Shown: piece after piece, positions 29,209 to 38,254 of the stretch
How the letters are laid out: each line of letters begins with the position of its first letter
Position numbering within the stretch: the stretch's first letter is position 1
Virus record (IMG/VR): IMGVR_UViG_3300046522_000747
Origin: an uncultured virus (IMG/VR IMGVR_UViG_3300046522_000747)
Taxonomy: Duplodnaviria; Heunggongvirae; Uroviricota; Caudoviricetes
Length of the DNA: 63,704 bases
Reading direction: 5' to 3' (one strand)
Notes under the pieces: model-generated
What the model saw: the letters and a program-made list of their open reading frames with translations, nothing else
The model's database searches: none
What the model was told of the DNA's origin: nothing
Made by a program: the position numbers and the translations under genes

Positions 29209-29919
29209 TCAATCGCCAGTTTTGATGCCAGCGATCCGGACAAAAAGGTTCATGATATCGATGAACAGGCTTGCCGCCGCATCCACAGCATTGTCCACGG
29301 TTTTCGGAATGCTGTTGGCGCGAGCCCAGTTAAAACCGATAGATCCGCAGAAAATTGCTGCGATGATCCAATCCATGATGCCAACCTTGACGTTGAACAC
29401 CAGTATTTGCACGACTTCCACGATCAGCGCGACAACCAGTGCCCAAAAAATGGCCGGGCCAATACTGAGGAAGAACTTCGGAAAGGCTGAGCCTAGAAAC
29501 ATCATCAGCAGCGTTACCAGCGCAGTGGTCTGGATCGCTGACTCAATGACCTCCGAGCTGTGCCCAGGCACAAACAAGACCATAACAAAGCCGATGGGGA
29601 TCACCACGAAGTTGTAGCCAATGAAGCTGACCAGAGGGTCTTCGGAGCGCGTGAACATCCAGATGCCCAGGAAGGCCGAAGCGAGGTAGCCGATCAGAAA
29701 AATCCATGGATTGATGCTTTTGATTGCTTCGAACGGGATGGTAGAAACCATGTACCAGTTGACCGCGAAACCCCAAAGCAGGACAGCGCCAATGATGCAA
29801 TTGAAGGCGGTGTTAGAAATGGTGTCCGAGCCTGTTCGTGTAAATGTGTCATTCTTAAACATGTAGAACCTCGATTGTACAAAATTTGATTTCGTTTTGA
29901 CTTGAGAAATCATGGTCAT
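29209..29919 (-). CDS. Bax inhibitor-1/YccA (US12-like) membrane protein
   Basis: seven hydrophobic segments; C-terminal AVDAAASLFIDIMNLFVRI. Confidence 0.8.
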   Translation of the reverse strand: MTMISQVKTKSNFVQSRFYMFKNDTFTRTGSDTISNTAFNCIIGAVLLWGFAVNWYMVSTIPFEAIKSINPWIFLIGYLASAFLGIWMFTRSEDPLVSFIGYNFVVIPIGFVMVLFVPGHSSEVIESAIQTTALVTLLMMFLGSAFPKFFLSIGPAIFWALVVALIVEVVQILVFNVKVGIMDWIIAAIFCGSIGFNWARANSIPKTVDNAVDAAASLFIDIMNLFVRIAGIKTGD

Positions 29920-30366
29920 CTACATGTTCGTGGTGTCCTGATTGTGAAGTGGTGTGGAAATTCCAATGTAATACTCGACAAACTGTTCTGGTGCTTCGCC
30001 GCTTCTGAACTTGTCAATCCAAAACCTATCGAGATAAAACCAGTGAGTGATGAAGGCGTCTTTACCATCGGTGTCCAGACCTCTGGTGAGTCCAACCTGA
30101 TTCATTCTTCTGCCCCATTCAGCATAGGCAACTTGCTCTTCATCACTGAGGGCCGGGTATATTGCTATATCGCCGTATTCGGCTACCAAGGCGGCGAAAT
30201 GATCGTCCGTTGTCGCGTCCCCAGGCATTGGCTCTACTGTTTTTAGCACTTTCGTGTGGAGCAAAAACTCATTGTGGCCTTTGACGTGACAGTGTTTAAC
30301 GTAGACTTCGGCGCCACTCCAGAGGGCGACCGGTCTAAGGCCTTCAATCATTTTCGCGTAGGACAT
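29920..30366 (-). CDS. hypothetical protein with GDATTD.HFAAL module
   Basis: start MSYAK (GGAG RBS); module shared with 56054-57088. Confidence 0.7.
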   Translation of the reverse strand: MSYAKMIEGLRPVALWSGAEVYVKHCHVKGHNEFLLHTKVLKTVEPMPGDATTDDHFAALVAEYGDIAIYPALSDEEQVAYAEWGRRMNQVGLTRGLDTDGKDAFITHWFYLDRFWIDKFRSGEAPEQFVEYYIGISTPLHNQDTTNM

Positions 30367-30402
30367 GCGACTCCACAACAGGGCTAATTCTCTATTTTTA
30401 AT

Positions 30403-30441
30403 ACTATATCAGTTTGTCGGAGCAAAGTCAATCGTATTGAC
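30403..30441 (-). promoter_or_regulatory. sigma-70 promoter plus perfect palindrome
   Basis: GTCAAT-cgt-ATTGAC (30427-41); TTGACT-17-TATAGT. Confidence 0.8.
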
Positions 30442-30450
30442 CATTCTGCC

Positions 30451-30750
30451 TTATGCTACCTTGATCGGTGCGCCACGGCTGCCATTTGGCCCGAACGTAA
30501 TCCAGATGCCGCGTTCTGGGGTAACCCCTTTCATAGGCAGGCCCCATGTACCTTCATCGAAAAATACTTTGGTTTCGTTCGGTGGAACGGTCTTGCCGGT
30601 GTAGGCTTCGATCAGGCGATTGGCGTCCTGGCGTGAGTGCGCACAGATGAAAGCCATCCCCATATCTGGTGTCAGTCCAGCCCAGTTTGGATCATTTTCG
30701 TTGAAGACGTGGGCGGTTCGACCTTTCCAGAAGCGTTGTACTCGTGACAT
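30451..30750 (-). CDS. hypothetical protein
   Basis: 99 aa within an operon. Confidence 0.65.
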   Translation of the reverse strand: MSRVQRFWKGRTAHVFNENDPNWAGLTPDMGMAFICAHSRQDANRLIEAYTGKTVPPNETKVFFDEGTWGLPMKGVTPERGIWITFGPNGSRGAPIKVA

Positions 30751-30782
30751 GTGGCACCGTTATATAAATGAGGTTAGTGGGG

Positions 30783-30986
30783 TTAGCGCGCTGCTTGCAG
30801 CGCTGCCAGTTGTTGTTCCAGGGCGGCAATCCGCTCCTGTTTGAGGTCGATTTCGACCTGCATTTCTTCTTGCTTAAGGGCGGCACCGGCCTCGAAGGCG
30901 GCGTCGGCCAGCATCCATTTGTCCTCGACCAGCACCGCTTGGCGACCGGAAACAAGTGACAGGAACCACTGATTGAGTGTTTTCAT
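30783..30986 (-). CDS. small coiled-coil protein
   Basis: 67 aa within an operon. Confidence 0.6.
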   Translation of the reverse strand: MKTLNQWFLSLVSGRQAVLVEDKWMLADAAFEAGAALKQEEMQVEIDLKQERIAALEQQLAALQAAR

Positions 30987-30987
30987 A

Positions 30988-31782
30988 TCATTTTCCTTTG
31001 GCGGCGATTACTTTGTCGATGCGGGCCAGCTCTTCGATCAAATGAGTTCGTTTGGCTTCAGCACTTTCGTAATTTGAAACGTTGATCAACGCCATCGTCA
31101 TCATGCTGTCGATGGCCACGCGAATGGCTTGCACAGGCACCTTGCTCGTTCTGGAGGTGCATTTGATCGCAAGCTCATCCTGGCTCATCTCGATCTTCGC
31201 GCTGATGGTGTCAGCCTTTATCAGCGGATCTGAAAGCACATCAATCGCTTCGTTCAGCGCCTGCTGGGTCTTTTCGATGTAGGCGGTCACCGTTGTTTTC
31301 AAATCTTCAACCGATTTGAAGGTTTTATCGTCATGAAGAATGCCGCTGATTGAATGATAGGTCTCGCATGGGCCTTCAATTACAGGCGCCTCGGGGTCAA
31401 AGACAAACAGCGAATCGACATCATCCACGATGACTACCTTTGGGTTCTGCTGAGACCAATTATGGCGCAGCAGCTCAAAAGGCTTGAATACGACGGGAAC
31501 AACGTGGCCGATCAGCGCGACCTTGTTCGGTGTGTATTTGTTGACATCCATCTCAAGGATGACTGGACGAGCATGACAGGTGTCAGTTGCTTCTCCCGAG
31601 ATGTAGAGCTTTTTGTTCTTGAACTTGCGTTCTGGCTGAAAGCCATTGTAGACAACGCGATCCAGGCTTTTGACGTATTTCAGGGAACCATCAAGATCGA
31701 CAACGAACTCCATGGACAGAACCGGGCCATGCGTCTGCGACATTGCAAAGGCAAAAAGCTGTTTTCCGCTGTTGTAGTCCAT
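30988..31782 (-). CDS. hypothetical protein
   Basis: start reassigned to MDYNSG (GGAG RBS). Confidence 0.75.
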   Translation of the reverse strand: MDYNSGKQLFAFAMSQTHGPVLSMEFVVDLDGSLKYVKSLDRVVYNGFQPERKFKNKKLYISGEATDTCHARPVILEMDVNKYTPNKVALIGHVVPVVFKPFELLRHNWSQQNPKVVIVDDVDSLFVFDPEAPVIEGPCETYHSISGILHDDKTFKSVEDLKTTVTAYIEKTQQALNEAIDVLSDPLIKADTISAKIEMSQDELAIKCTSRTSKVPVQAIRVAIDSMMTMALINVSNYESAEAKRTHLIEELARIDKVIAAKGK

Positions 31783-31807
31783 GGTTGATCTCCGTTGATT
31801 TGTGCTC

Positions 31808-31846
31808 ATCATAGCCAGACCCTGGCTTATTGTCAATAGCAATGAC
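31808..31846 (-). promoter_or_regulatory. sigma-70 promoter plus 1-mismatch palindrome
   Basis: GTCAAT-agc-AATGAC (31832-46); TTGACA-17-TATGAT. Confidence 0.75.
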
Positions 31847-31958
31847 AAAATAATTGCTGAACGTTTCTATGACTTACGACGGTGAATCGCTGGATTGTGC
31901 AGGGCTGACACTGTACTATCGTTCATACATTAAATTTAAAATATATAGGGGTTGATCA

Positions 31959-32204
31959 GTGAGTGAGATGACAGCGACTGAACGTGAATTAATGGGCTAC
32001 TTAGGCATGAAGTACAGCACCCTGCCGCCCCTTAGCGATGAAGAGAAGGCGTTGTTCGTTTCGTTTTTGAGGGAGGGGCGCAAGCTGGATGCACTGAGCG
32101 TTAGCGAACGAATAATCAGCGAATACATTGGCCGACAGCTAAAGAACACTTCATCCATCACCCTGGCAGTGATTGGTGAAGATTACATAAATAAGGGATT
32201 GTGA
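31959..32204 (+). CDS. hypothetical protein
   Basis: 81 aa; AGGGG RBS. Confidence 0.55.
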   Translation: MSEMTATERELMGYLGMKYSTLPPLSDEEKALFVSFLREGRKLDALSVSERIISEYIGRQLKNTSSITLAVIGEDYINKGL

Positions 32205-32250
32205 CGCGACATGCAGGGAGTGGCGCCGTGCTCCCTGCGACTGTTTTCAA

Positions 32251-32883
32251 TCATTGATCCATTGAGGCGAAAAATTCAATATCTAGGTCATTCAAGATTA
32301 TGTGAAGTACCAAAGCATTATGGCTTGCAGAAAAGCCATGTTTTTCACATGATAGTTTTACGCTCTCAAAATCTTCAGGTGCTAGTTTTTCAGCTAGGAA
32401 ATTATTGAAAGCATCGACTTCGGCATGCACTTTTGGTAAATAGTGTGCTTCTTCATCATATCCGCTGATATCTAAAAATGAATACAAAATACACTCATTT
32501 TTGGTGGCATCAACGGTTATCACTGGCTTCTCATCACAGCCCCAGCCATGTTTTTGCTTTGACAAGGGGAAGCATTGGAAGGGATAGGCGTACAGCATTA
32601 CCTGACTAAAATATTCAGTTGAACAACCAAAGAGATGTCCATACTCATCGAAATGATACAGTGCCTGCTTGATAAAATACGGTTTACCAAGCTCTTTTTC
32701 CATTGTCCTCTCTTGAATTTTTTCAATAGATAATGGGCGATAAAGCCGTAGAAATTTTGCATGCAAAAAAGGCAACCATACAAAGTCACTCAGTAATTCT
32801 GGCCCGCCGTCGCTACCAAATCGAAGCAATATGCTAGTTCGTTCGTACTTGTCTTTTACAATGATATTTGCTTGTGAGCCCAT
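32251..32883 (-). CDS. hypothetical protein (AT-rich)
   Basis: 210-aa ORF. Confidence 0.7.
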   Translation of the reverse strand: MGSQANIIVKDKYERTSILLRFGSDGGPELLSDFVWLPFLHAKFLRLYRPLSIEKIQERTMEKELGKPYFIKQALYHFDEYGHLFGCSTEYFSQVMLYAYPFQCFPLSKQKHGWGCDEKPVITVDATKNECILYSFLDISGYDEEAHYLPKVHAEVDAFNNFLAEKLAPEDFESVKLSCEKHGFSASHNALVLHIILNDLDIEFFASMDQ

Positions 32884-32969
32884 ATTAAATCTCTCGTGAA
32901 TTAATTAAGTCCACATGATTACATGAAATTTTCTTATAAACAATTTCCTGTGGTAATAATCGGTTCAAT

Positions 32970-32994
32970 AAAAAAGCGACCTAGGTCGCCTTTT
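32970..32994. terminator. intrinsic terminator
   Basis: GCGAC-ctag-GTCGC stem flanked by A- and T-tracts. Confidence 0.7.
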
Positions 32995-33006
32995 ATTAGA
33001 TCTGCT

Positions 33007-33339
33007 TTACAGGTCAATTTCTTCAAGCATCCGAGGATCGTTTTCTTTAAGTGCTTGCAGCGCTGCAAGGTTACGATCCCCCACTGTTCCAGCCAGTGCT
33101 CGCATCAGCAGATCATAAGGGCCGCGATTTTTCCGATTGAAGTTCTTCACGACGCCAGTTCTCCAGTTTCCTTTCGGGTTTCCGAATTTGGAGAGTCTGA
33201 CCTTATAAGTGCCGAAATCAGTAGGCTGTCTGAACAGATCATCAGTTTGAGTAACGCCCTCGTTGGCGATCTCGATAGTACCCAAGTGGTACGGTTCACC
33301 GACGCCCTTTGGGATCATCTCAATGGTTACTCTAAGCAT
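33007..33339 (-). CDS. hypothetical protein
   Basis: 110 aa; GAGGA RBS. Confidence 0.7.
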   Translation of the reverse strand: MLRVTIEMIPKGVGEPYHLGTIEIANEGVTQTDDLFRQPTDFGTYKVRLSKFGNPKGNWRTGVVKNFNRKNRGPYDLLMRALAGTVGDRNLAALQALKENDPRMLEEIDL

Positions 33340-33342
33340 CGT

Positions 33343-33948
33343 TTAATCCTCAGCCTTGATGGATGTCTCGTTCCAGCTTCTTTTGATCGTGATTTCTTTA
33401 TTAAGGGCATAACGTGTCTCTTGAAGAAAAGCATTGAATTCAGCAGCCAACTCTCTGGTCAGTGCCTTTTCCTTCACAGATTTATCAAAAAATACTTTGA
33501 AGTGATCGCCCGCTCGTTTTACCACAATGTACCTTGCCGGGCTTTTGAAACAGGAAGAGATGGTTACGTTCTTGCGCCCACCCGTGGTGATAAAAATCAC
33601 TGGATCGTGCCACGATGAACATTGAACCCGAATTTCGAGTAGATTGTCGCGGTTTGCAAAGTCACCAACGGTAAAGTCCAAATTCTCGGTGTAGCCGTTA
33701 TCAATAAACTGTTCGTTGAATAGCTTGTTGAAGTCTTCATTTTCTTCCAAAAATAGTCTTGGAAAGTTAGTTGCCAATTCTGCATAGAAAATGAATGACA
33801 AAAAGAGTGTCAGAATAGATCCAATTACCAAAAAACAAAGATTTCGCATCAGCAAGTCTAGTGACGGCCTCATTGCCCTCTCGAACGCACTTTTTCGCAT
33901 CTCTTTGAGAGTGTCATCCATCTTATCAAGCGATTTGTCCAGGCTCAT
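33343..33948 (-). CDS. single-pass membrane protein
   Basis: one TM helix near the N-terminus. Confidence 0.7.
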   Translation of the reverse strand: MSLDKSLDKMDDTLKEMRKSAFERAMRPSLDLLMRNLCFLVIGSILTLFLSFIFYAELATNFPRLFLEENEDFNKLFNEQFIDNGYTENLDFTVGDFANRDNLLEIRVQCSSWHDPVIFITTGGRKNVTISSCFKSPARYIVVKRAGDHFKVFFDKSVKEKALTRELAAEFNAFLQETRYALNKEITIKRSWNETSIKAED

Positions 33949-33961
33949 CTTTGCATCTCAT

Positions 33962-34408
33962 TTAGGCGGAGCGATAATGGGCAGTAAAATCAATGCGTGG
34001 CATGTCGGCGTCCAGCGCCAAGCTGATAAGCCAAGGCAGATTCGTTTGTCCGAAACGGCGGATCTCGTTCAGATCGACGGTGATAATGCTCACCTCTTCG
34101 TCGGTCAGCGTTTTGGCATCGTATATGCTGTCGGAGAACATGTAGAACGAGTGAACAATAAAGTCATCGCTGGAGAATTTGGCCAATGGGCGCCAATCAG
34201 ACTCAGTGGTCTGTACCCCAGTTTCTTCCACAAACTCCCGAATCATGCATTGAATGGATGTTTCGCCCAATTCAATGTGACCCCCTACTCCGTTCCACTT
34301 CCCGGCCTGCCACTGTGGCCGATTTTTTGTGATAACCACCATCTTGTGGCGATCCGCACTGAAGGCAAAACCAAGGGTGTACTCTGTTCTAGGGCTGCTA
34401 TTAGACAT
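33962..34408 (-). CDS. NUDIX hydrolase (MutT-like)
   Basis: GGHIELGETSIQCMIREFVEETG Nudix box; start reassigned to 34408; promoter TTGACA-17-TATGAT at 34430-34458. Confidence 0.88.
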   Translation of the reverse strand: MSNSSPRTEYTLGFAFSADRHKMVVITKNRPQWQAGKWNGVGGHIELGETSIQCMIREFVEETGVQTTESDWRPLAKFSSDDFIVHSFYMFSDSIYDAKTLTDEEVSIITVDLNEIRRFGQTNLPWLISLALDADMPRIDFTAHYRSA

Positions 34409-34463
34409 GAAAATCTCCATTTGAAGATCATCATATATAATATTGCGTTTAATGTCAATGTCA

Positions 34464-34901
34464 TTAGTCCGTTTGAGGCTTTTTTCCTCTAGCCTCTCGG
34501 CGAGCATTATCCATTTGTTTGTTAATCAAACAGTCTCCAAACCCATCCTTGGCGGTGATGCCTTCTCCACAATGAGGACAGGTTGGCACCATGTTACGCT
34601 GCCTCCAGGCCTGTTCGGCTTTCTTTGCAGCCAGCAGATGCAGGTTCGCCGCTTTGTCGGCAGCCAACTGAGTTGCTGCGGACTGATGCTTTCGGGAGGC
34701 GTCTTCCCAATGCTCTGCGAGCATTTTAAGGCCCCAGTACGCAGAGACCTGAACCCCACAATCCATGCATCTGACAATTTCGCCGTGATCATCTAGCTCA
34801 ATCGAGCGGTGAGCACAGACGTTTTTGTCGGTACGTGAAACCCACTTCCGATCTGCCTTGGCGATTCTGAAGTCACCAATCTGAATAATATTGTCTGCCA
34901 T
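34464..34901 (-). CDS. zinc-finger hypothetical protein
   Basis: CAH..CMDC..CPHC. Confidence 0.7.
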   Translation of the reverse strand: MADNIIQIGDFRIAKADRKWVSRTDKNVCAHRSIELDDHGEIVRCMDCGVQVSAYWGLKMLAEHWEDASRKHQSAATQLAADKAANLHLLAAKKAEQAWRQRNMVPTCPHCGEGITAKDGFGDCLINKQMDNARREARGKKPQTD

Positions 34902-34961
34902 CCGGCTAATTCCCCTTCAGGTGAACAGACTTCATCTTGTTCACCATTGTATGAGGGGATT

Positions 34962-35186
34962 TTACCAATCTTTGCGTACGATTGGCCACGCATTTGTCCA
35001 GAGCACCATCAAGAAGCAGCCTCCGTATGTTTGTGGCTGATTTTCCTCGCCGAGCAGTCCTCTGACCTTGTGCGCTCCCATTCCCACCCATAGTGCGTAT
35101 ACAAGACCAAAAGGCTGAGGTATCAAATTGATGATCAGCATGAAGCTGGCAAGATGAAGCAGCATGAATTTCATTGTTCCGGACAT
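34962..35186 (-). CDS. small membrane protein
   Basis: hydrophobic 74-aa ORF. Confidence 0.5.
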   Translation of the reverse strand: MSGTMKFMLLHLASFMLIINLIPQPFGLVYALWVGMGAHKVRGLLGEENQPQTYGGCFLMVLWTNAWPIVRKDW

Positions 35187-35294
35187 GTTCTGACCTTATT
35201 CATTTTCCTGTTAACTTCATCAGAGAAGAGAGGCTGAGTAGACACGAGCCACCCGCTGGGCAATTTCGCGTTAGCGGTTCATCTGATTCTAAAC

Positions 35295-35630
35295 TCAGTT
35301 TATCAGTTGATGTGGACGGTGATTGCCGCTGCGCGAAGGTTCCAGCAGGGTTAGCAGCCGCTTTATCCCTCTGCACGCGTCCTGTTTGTAGCTAATCACT
35401 CTGCTGTGTTCTGGCGCCATTTCTTCAATCCAGTGATCAACTGTGGCAATGAAATTAGGCGCCTGGGTTGCTTTAAAGAGGTGTGCGTTGGCCCTGATTA
35501 TGGTCAACAGGTGTTGCACATCCAGCCTTTCCGCTGTTTCAAGGCTCAACCATTCACTGGAGCCGAGCTTGGCTAGCCAATGTTGCAAGTGGGTGCGCTG
35601 CTCAGCGGTGAGTGCAAAGGGGACGTGCAT
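35295..35630 (-). CDS. hypothetical protein
   Basis: likely start MHVPF. Confidence 0.6.
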   Translation of the reverse strand: MHVPFALTAEQRTHLQHWLAKLGSSEWLSLETAERLDVQHLLTIIRANAHLFKATQAPNFIATVDHWIEEMAPEHSRVISYKQDACRGIKRLLTLLEPSRSGNHRPHQLIN

Positions 35631-35671
35631 GTTCTTTCTTCTCTCGAAATAAAAGCTGCGCGATTTTCCAT

Positions 35672-36181
35672 TTATGCGGACTGGAGCGCAAGCATGTTTT
35701 CGTCGAACTCGCTCAACACGATTCGAGGAGCAGTAACCTGCCACAATCCCATGGCCTCCGATACGCTAACCATTTGGGCTGGGCGGGCGCCAGTGGAGCC
35801 TGGGACGTGCAAGATATTATCGTCTTCCACAATCATGGCAGCACCAGAACCGATGCGACTTACCGGGCGAGTCCAGAGCGTATTGTGAGACAAGCGCGCT
35901 AGTTGAATAGCTTCACTCATTTCGAGCTGGATGCTAAACAGCTCCAGTTCATCATGAGGGGTGAATGGGAAATGCATCTTCGGGTTGTGACCGTAATTTT
36001 TTGTCACTTTGACAGCAAACTCAAGGGTGTGACTGAGGCCACGAACACCAACGCCGTCTTTGTGGATGATGACCATGCCCGCTTTAAATGCAGGGGCGAA
36101 TCGAGCAACCGGCTCGATAATTTCTGTGCCATTCCAGCCGTTCGGAAGGTCGTGTTCAACAGTTACGCCAATATTCAGCAT
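35672..36181 (-). CDS. hypothetical protein
   Basis: 169 aa; AGGTGA RBS. Confidence 0.7.
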   Translation of the reverse strand: MLNIGVTVEHDLPNGWNGTEIIEPVARFAPAFKAGMVIIHKDGVGVRGLSHTLEFAVKVTKNYGHNPKMHFPFTPHDELELFSIQLEMSEAIQLARLSHNTLWTRPVSRIGSGAAMIVEDDNILHVPGSTGARPAQMVSVSEAMGLWQVTAPRIVLSEFDENMLALQSA

Positions 36182-36210
36182 GGGTCACCTATGGATTCGT
36201 TAATGAGGTG

Positions 36211-36249
36211 AGTATAGCCATGCTCACGCCAAATGTCAATCACATAAAC
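36211..36249 (-). promoter_or_regulatory. sigma-70 promoter plus 2-mismatch palindrome
   Basis: TTGACA-17-TATACT; GTCAAT-cac-ATAAAC. Confidence 0.7.
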
Positions 36250-36294
36250 ATGAAAGGGCTCGCGTGAGCCCTCCCCTCTTGAATTGGCAGCAGG

Positions 36295-36618
36295 TCACAG
36301 GCCCAGGAGTTCAGGCTTGATATTTCCTGATTCAGCCCATTTGCGACCGTAGCCTTCAACTTCAGTCGCCTCTTCGGCGCTGAGTACTTCAAGCTTCTCA
36401 ATCTTATAATTGAGCTTGCTTTTTTCGTCAGGGTTGCACAGCACGCTGACCATTGGTTTTTGGCCAACTTTCAGCGTGTTGTGGATGGAGGCGCCCACCC
36501 ATACGAAACCCTGAAACGGCTGGCAATCAATCACAATGCCATTGCGGACATACCACTCAAGGAAATCTTGACCGCAGTCTTCGAGCGTGATTTTGGTTAC
36601 TGTCGCTTTCTCGGTCAT
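36295..36618 (-). CDS. hypothetical protein
   Basis: LED.GQDFLEW..IDCQPFQG.VW; ATGA-coupled to the upstream gene. Confidence 0.7.
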   Translation of the reverse strand: MTEKATVTKITLEDCGQDFLEWYVRNGIVIDCQPFQGFVWVGASIHNTLKVGQKPMVSVLCNPDEKSKLNYKIEKLEVLSAEEATEVEGYGRKWAESGNIKPELLGL

Positions 36619-36827
36619 TTCGCATTTCCTTTATGGTGAGAGTTGGTGGCGCTATGGGGTGCTGGCTGCTTGCCGTTGATCATGGCCTGTGCATCATTGT
36701 ATCGATCCAGGGACATCATCACTACGATATTCTTGCTGGTGCAGGTAACGAACACGTCGCAGTCTTTGGCTTCCTCCATGTAATTTCGCAGTTTTGCGCG
36801 TGCATCAGATCTTGAAACGATTATCAT
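36615..36827 (-). CDS. Phd/YefM-family antitoxin N-terminal DNA-binding domain
   Basis: MIIVSRSDARAKLRNYMEEA..VFVT..VVMMSLDRYN matches the YefM N-domain; start reassigned to 36827. Confidence 0.75.
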   Translation of the reverse strand: MIIVSRSDARAKLRNYMEEAKDCDVFVTCTSKNIVVMMSLDRYNDAQAMINGKQPAPHSATNSHHKGNAK

Positions 36828-36842
36828 GATTTTCCTTTTGGT

Positions 36843-36889
36843 TAGCCTATAGGCATACATACTCAGTGAATTTGTATGCCTATAGGCTA
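36843..36889. repeat. 17-bp perfect inverted repeat with self-palindromic arms
   Basis: TAGCCTATAGGCATACA-N13-TGTATGCCTATAGGCTA. Confidence 0.85.
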
Positions 36890-36896
36890 TAGCTGG

Positions 36897-37262
36897 TTAA
36901 TGAGGCTTTAGGTAAAGAATGGTGCCGGTGCCCAGAAAGTCTCTGGCCAGATCAACAGACGTTGAATGAATGACCTCATCTTCTGAAATCGAGAACCCAC
37001 AAACGACGCCTACCGTCTCTTCGCCATGCATGTATCGACCAGAATAAACTCGCCATTTAATGCAGGAGGCCATCAATTCATCAAGAAAACGTATGGTCAG
37101 TGGGTCGTTCGTAAAAACCATGGTTGCTCGTTCGCCATCGTCATCATATTGTCCGAAGCAGCGTACATCGTCAGAATAATGGCATTCGCGACGAATTTCT
37201 TCGATCTTTGCATTTTGTTCTTCTGACGGTTGGAGAATAGCGATTTTGAACAGTCTGGCCAT
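36897..37262 (-). CDS. hypothetical protein
   Basis: 121 aa; AGGTGA RBS. Confidence 0.7.
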   Translation of the reverse strand: MARLFKIAILQPSEEQNAKIEEIRRECHYSDDVRCFGQYDDDGERATMVFTNDPLTIRFLDELMASCIKWRVYSGRYMHGEETVGVVCGFSISEDEVIHSTSVDLARDFLGTGTILYLKPH

Positions 37263-37273
37263 GAGTCACCTAT

Positions 37274-37418
37274 TAAAAAATGGCTGACTGATAACGATGG
37301 GGAGCTATCAGTCAGCCGATCTAGCGCGTTCTCTAGCCTCCCTGCTTGAGCATCAAAAGTATGGTTGAAGTCAAAGGGAAGTCAATGTCCGACTGTCGAA
37401 CAAGGATCTGTGTTAAGT
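37274..37418 (-). ncRNA. candidate sRNA or attenuator leader
   Basis: consensus TTGACA-17-TATAAT (37425-37453), then ~145 nt ending in a 12-bp stem GGCTGACTGATA/TATCAGTCAGCC plus U-tract. Confidence 0.45.
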
Positions 37419-37579
37419 AACAATATTATATACAGCCCTTGGGGGGATGTCAATGAGGCTGTCGCTGACAATTTTTCATTTAATGCCGAAACAAAGGTAC
37501 AAATATGATTGACATATAATATGAAATAAATATAATGGACGAAACACTTGACCACATTGGTCGCTACAGGAGGTTTAAG

Positions 37580-38248
37580 ATGAATCGCTCTTTGCTGGCG
37601 GCAGCGATAGCTGCGGCTTCTATTTTTATCGCAGGTTGTGAGGAACAGGAGCCAACTCCTGAAGAGAAAGCGGCGTATATCAACAGCGAGGCTGAGAAGC
37701 AGGTTCGTGCTCAAGTCTCGGCAGACGAAACTGAATTGAAAACGGCATTGGTTCAGATGCAGTCGGTCGATCCATCGATCAAAGACATTTATTATGGTCT
37801 TGACGACAAGGGTAATCGAGTTCTGCACGTAGTTCATCAGAATGACAAGCCATCTGCCTCCACTTCTACTGCTGCTCCATCCTCATCGACACCAGGGCAG
37901 ACTGTCGCGGCCACCAGTGATGTTTCCGACATGGTGTGGCCAATGGTAGGCGGTATGGCAGCAGGCGCCTTGGCAGTGAGCATGATGAAGTCTGGTAGTT
38001 TCAGCAGTTTTGCTAGCAACAATCCTCCAGCCTCAAGCCGTGTCTACCGTGAAGAAGAGCGCCGCAAGGAGCGAAATGTGGCGACCTCCGGTTACGTAAA
38101 CACCATGATGGGTGGTGCTCGTAGCTCGGTGACTCGTAACCCTAATTTCGGCAGCAGCATGCGCTCCTCTGTGATTGGCTCACGCAGCTCTGGAATCTTC
38201 AGTTCATCCTCTTCCGCCCGTGCTGGCGGTTACAGTGCAGGGTCTTAA
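37580..38248 (+). CDS. YgiB-like lipoprotein with Ser/Gly/Arg-rich tail
   Basis: lipobox IAGC; AGGAGG RBS; GGMAAGAL segment; SRSSGIFSSSSSARAGG tail; upstream of a GSP-synthase-like gene. Confidence 0.7.
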   Translation: MNRSLLAAAIAAASIFIAGCEEQEPTPEEKAAYINSEAEKQVRAQVSADETELKTALVQMQSVDPSIKDIYYGLDDKGNRVLHVVHQNDKPSASTSTAAPSSSTPGQTVAATSDVSDMVWPMVGGMAAGALAVSMMKSGSFSSFASNNPPASSRVYREEERRKERNVATSGYVNTMMGGARSSVTRNPNFGSSMRSSVIGSRSSGIFSSSSSARAGGYSAGS

Positions 38249-38254
38249 TATCCT

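Noticed and set aside
32923..33618. 231-aa plus-strand ORF (also 33791-34492)
   Set aside because: Overlaps a well-formed minus-strand operon that includes the NUDIX gene
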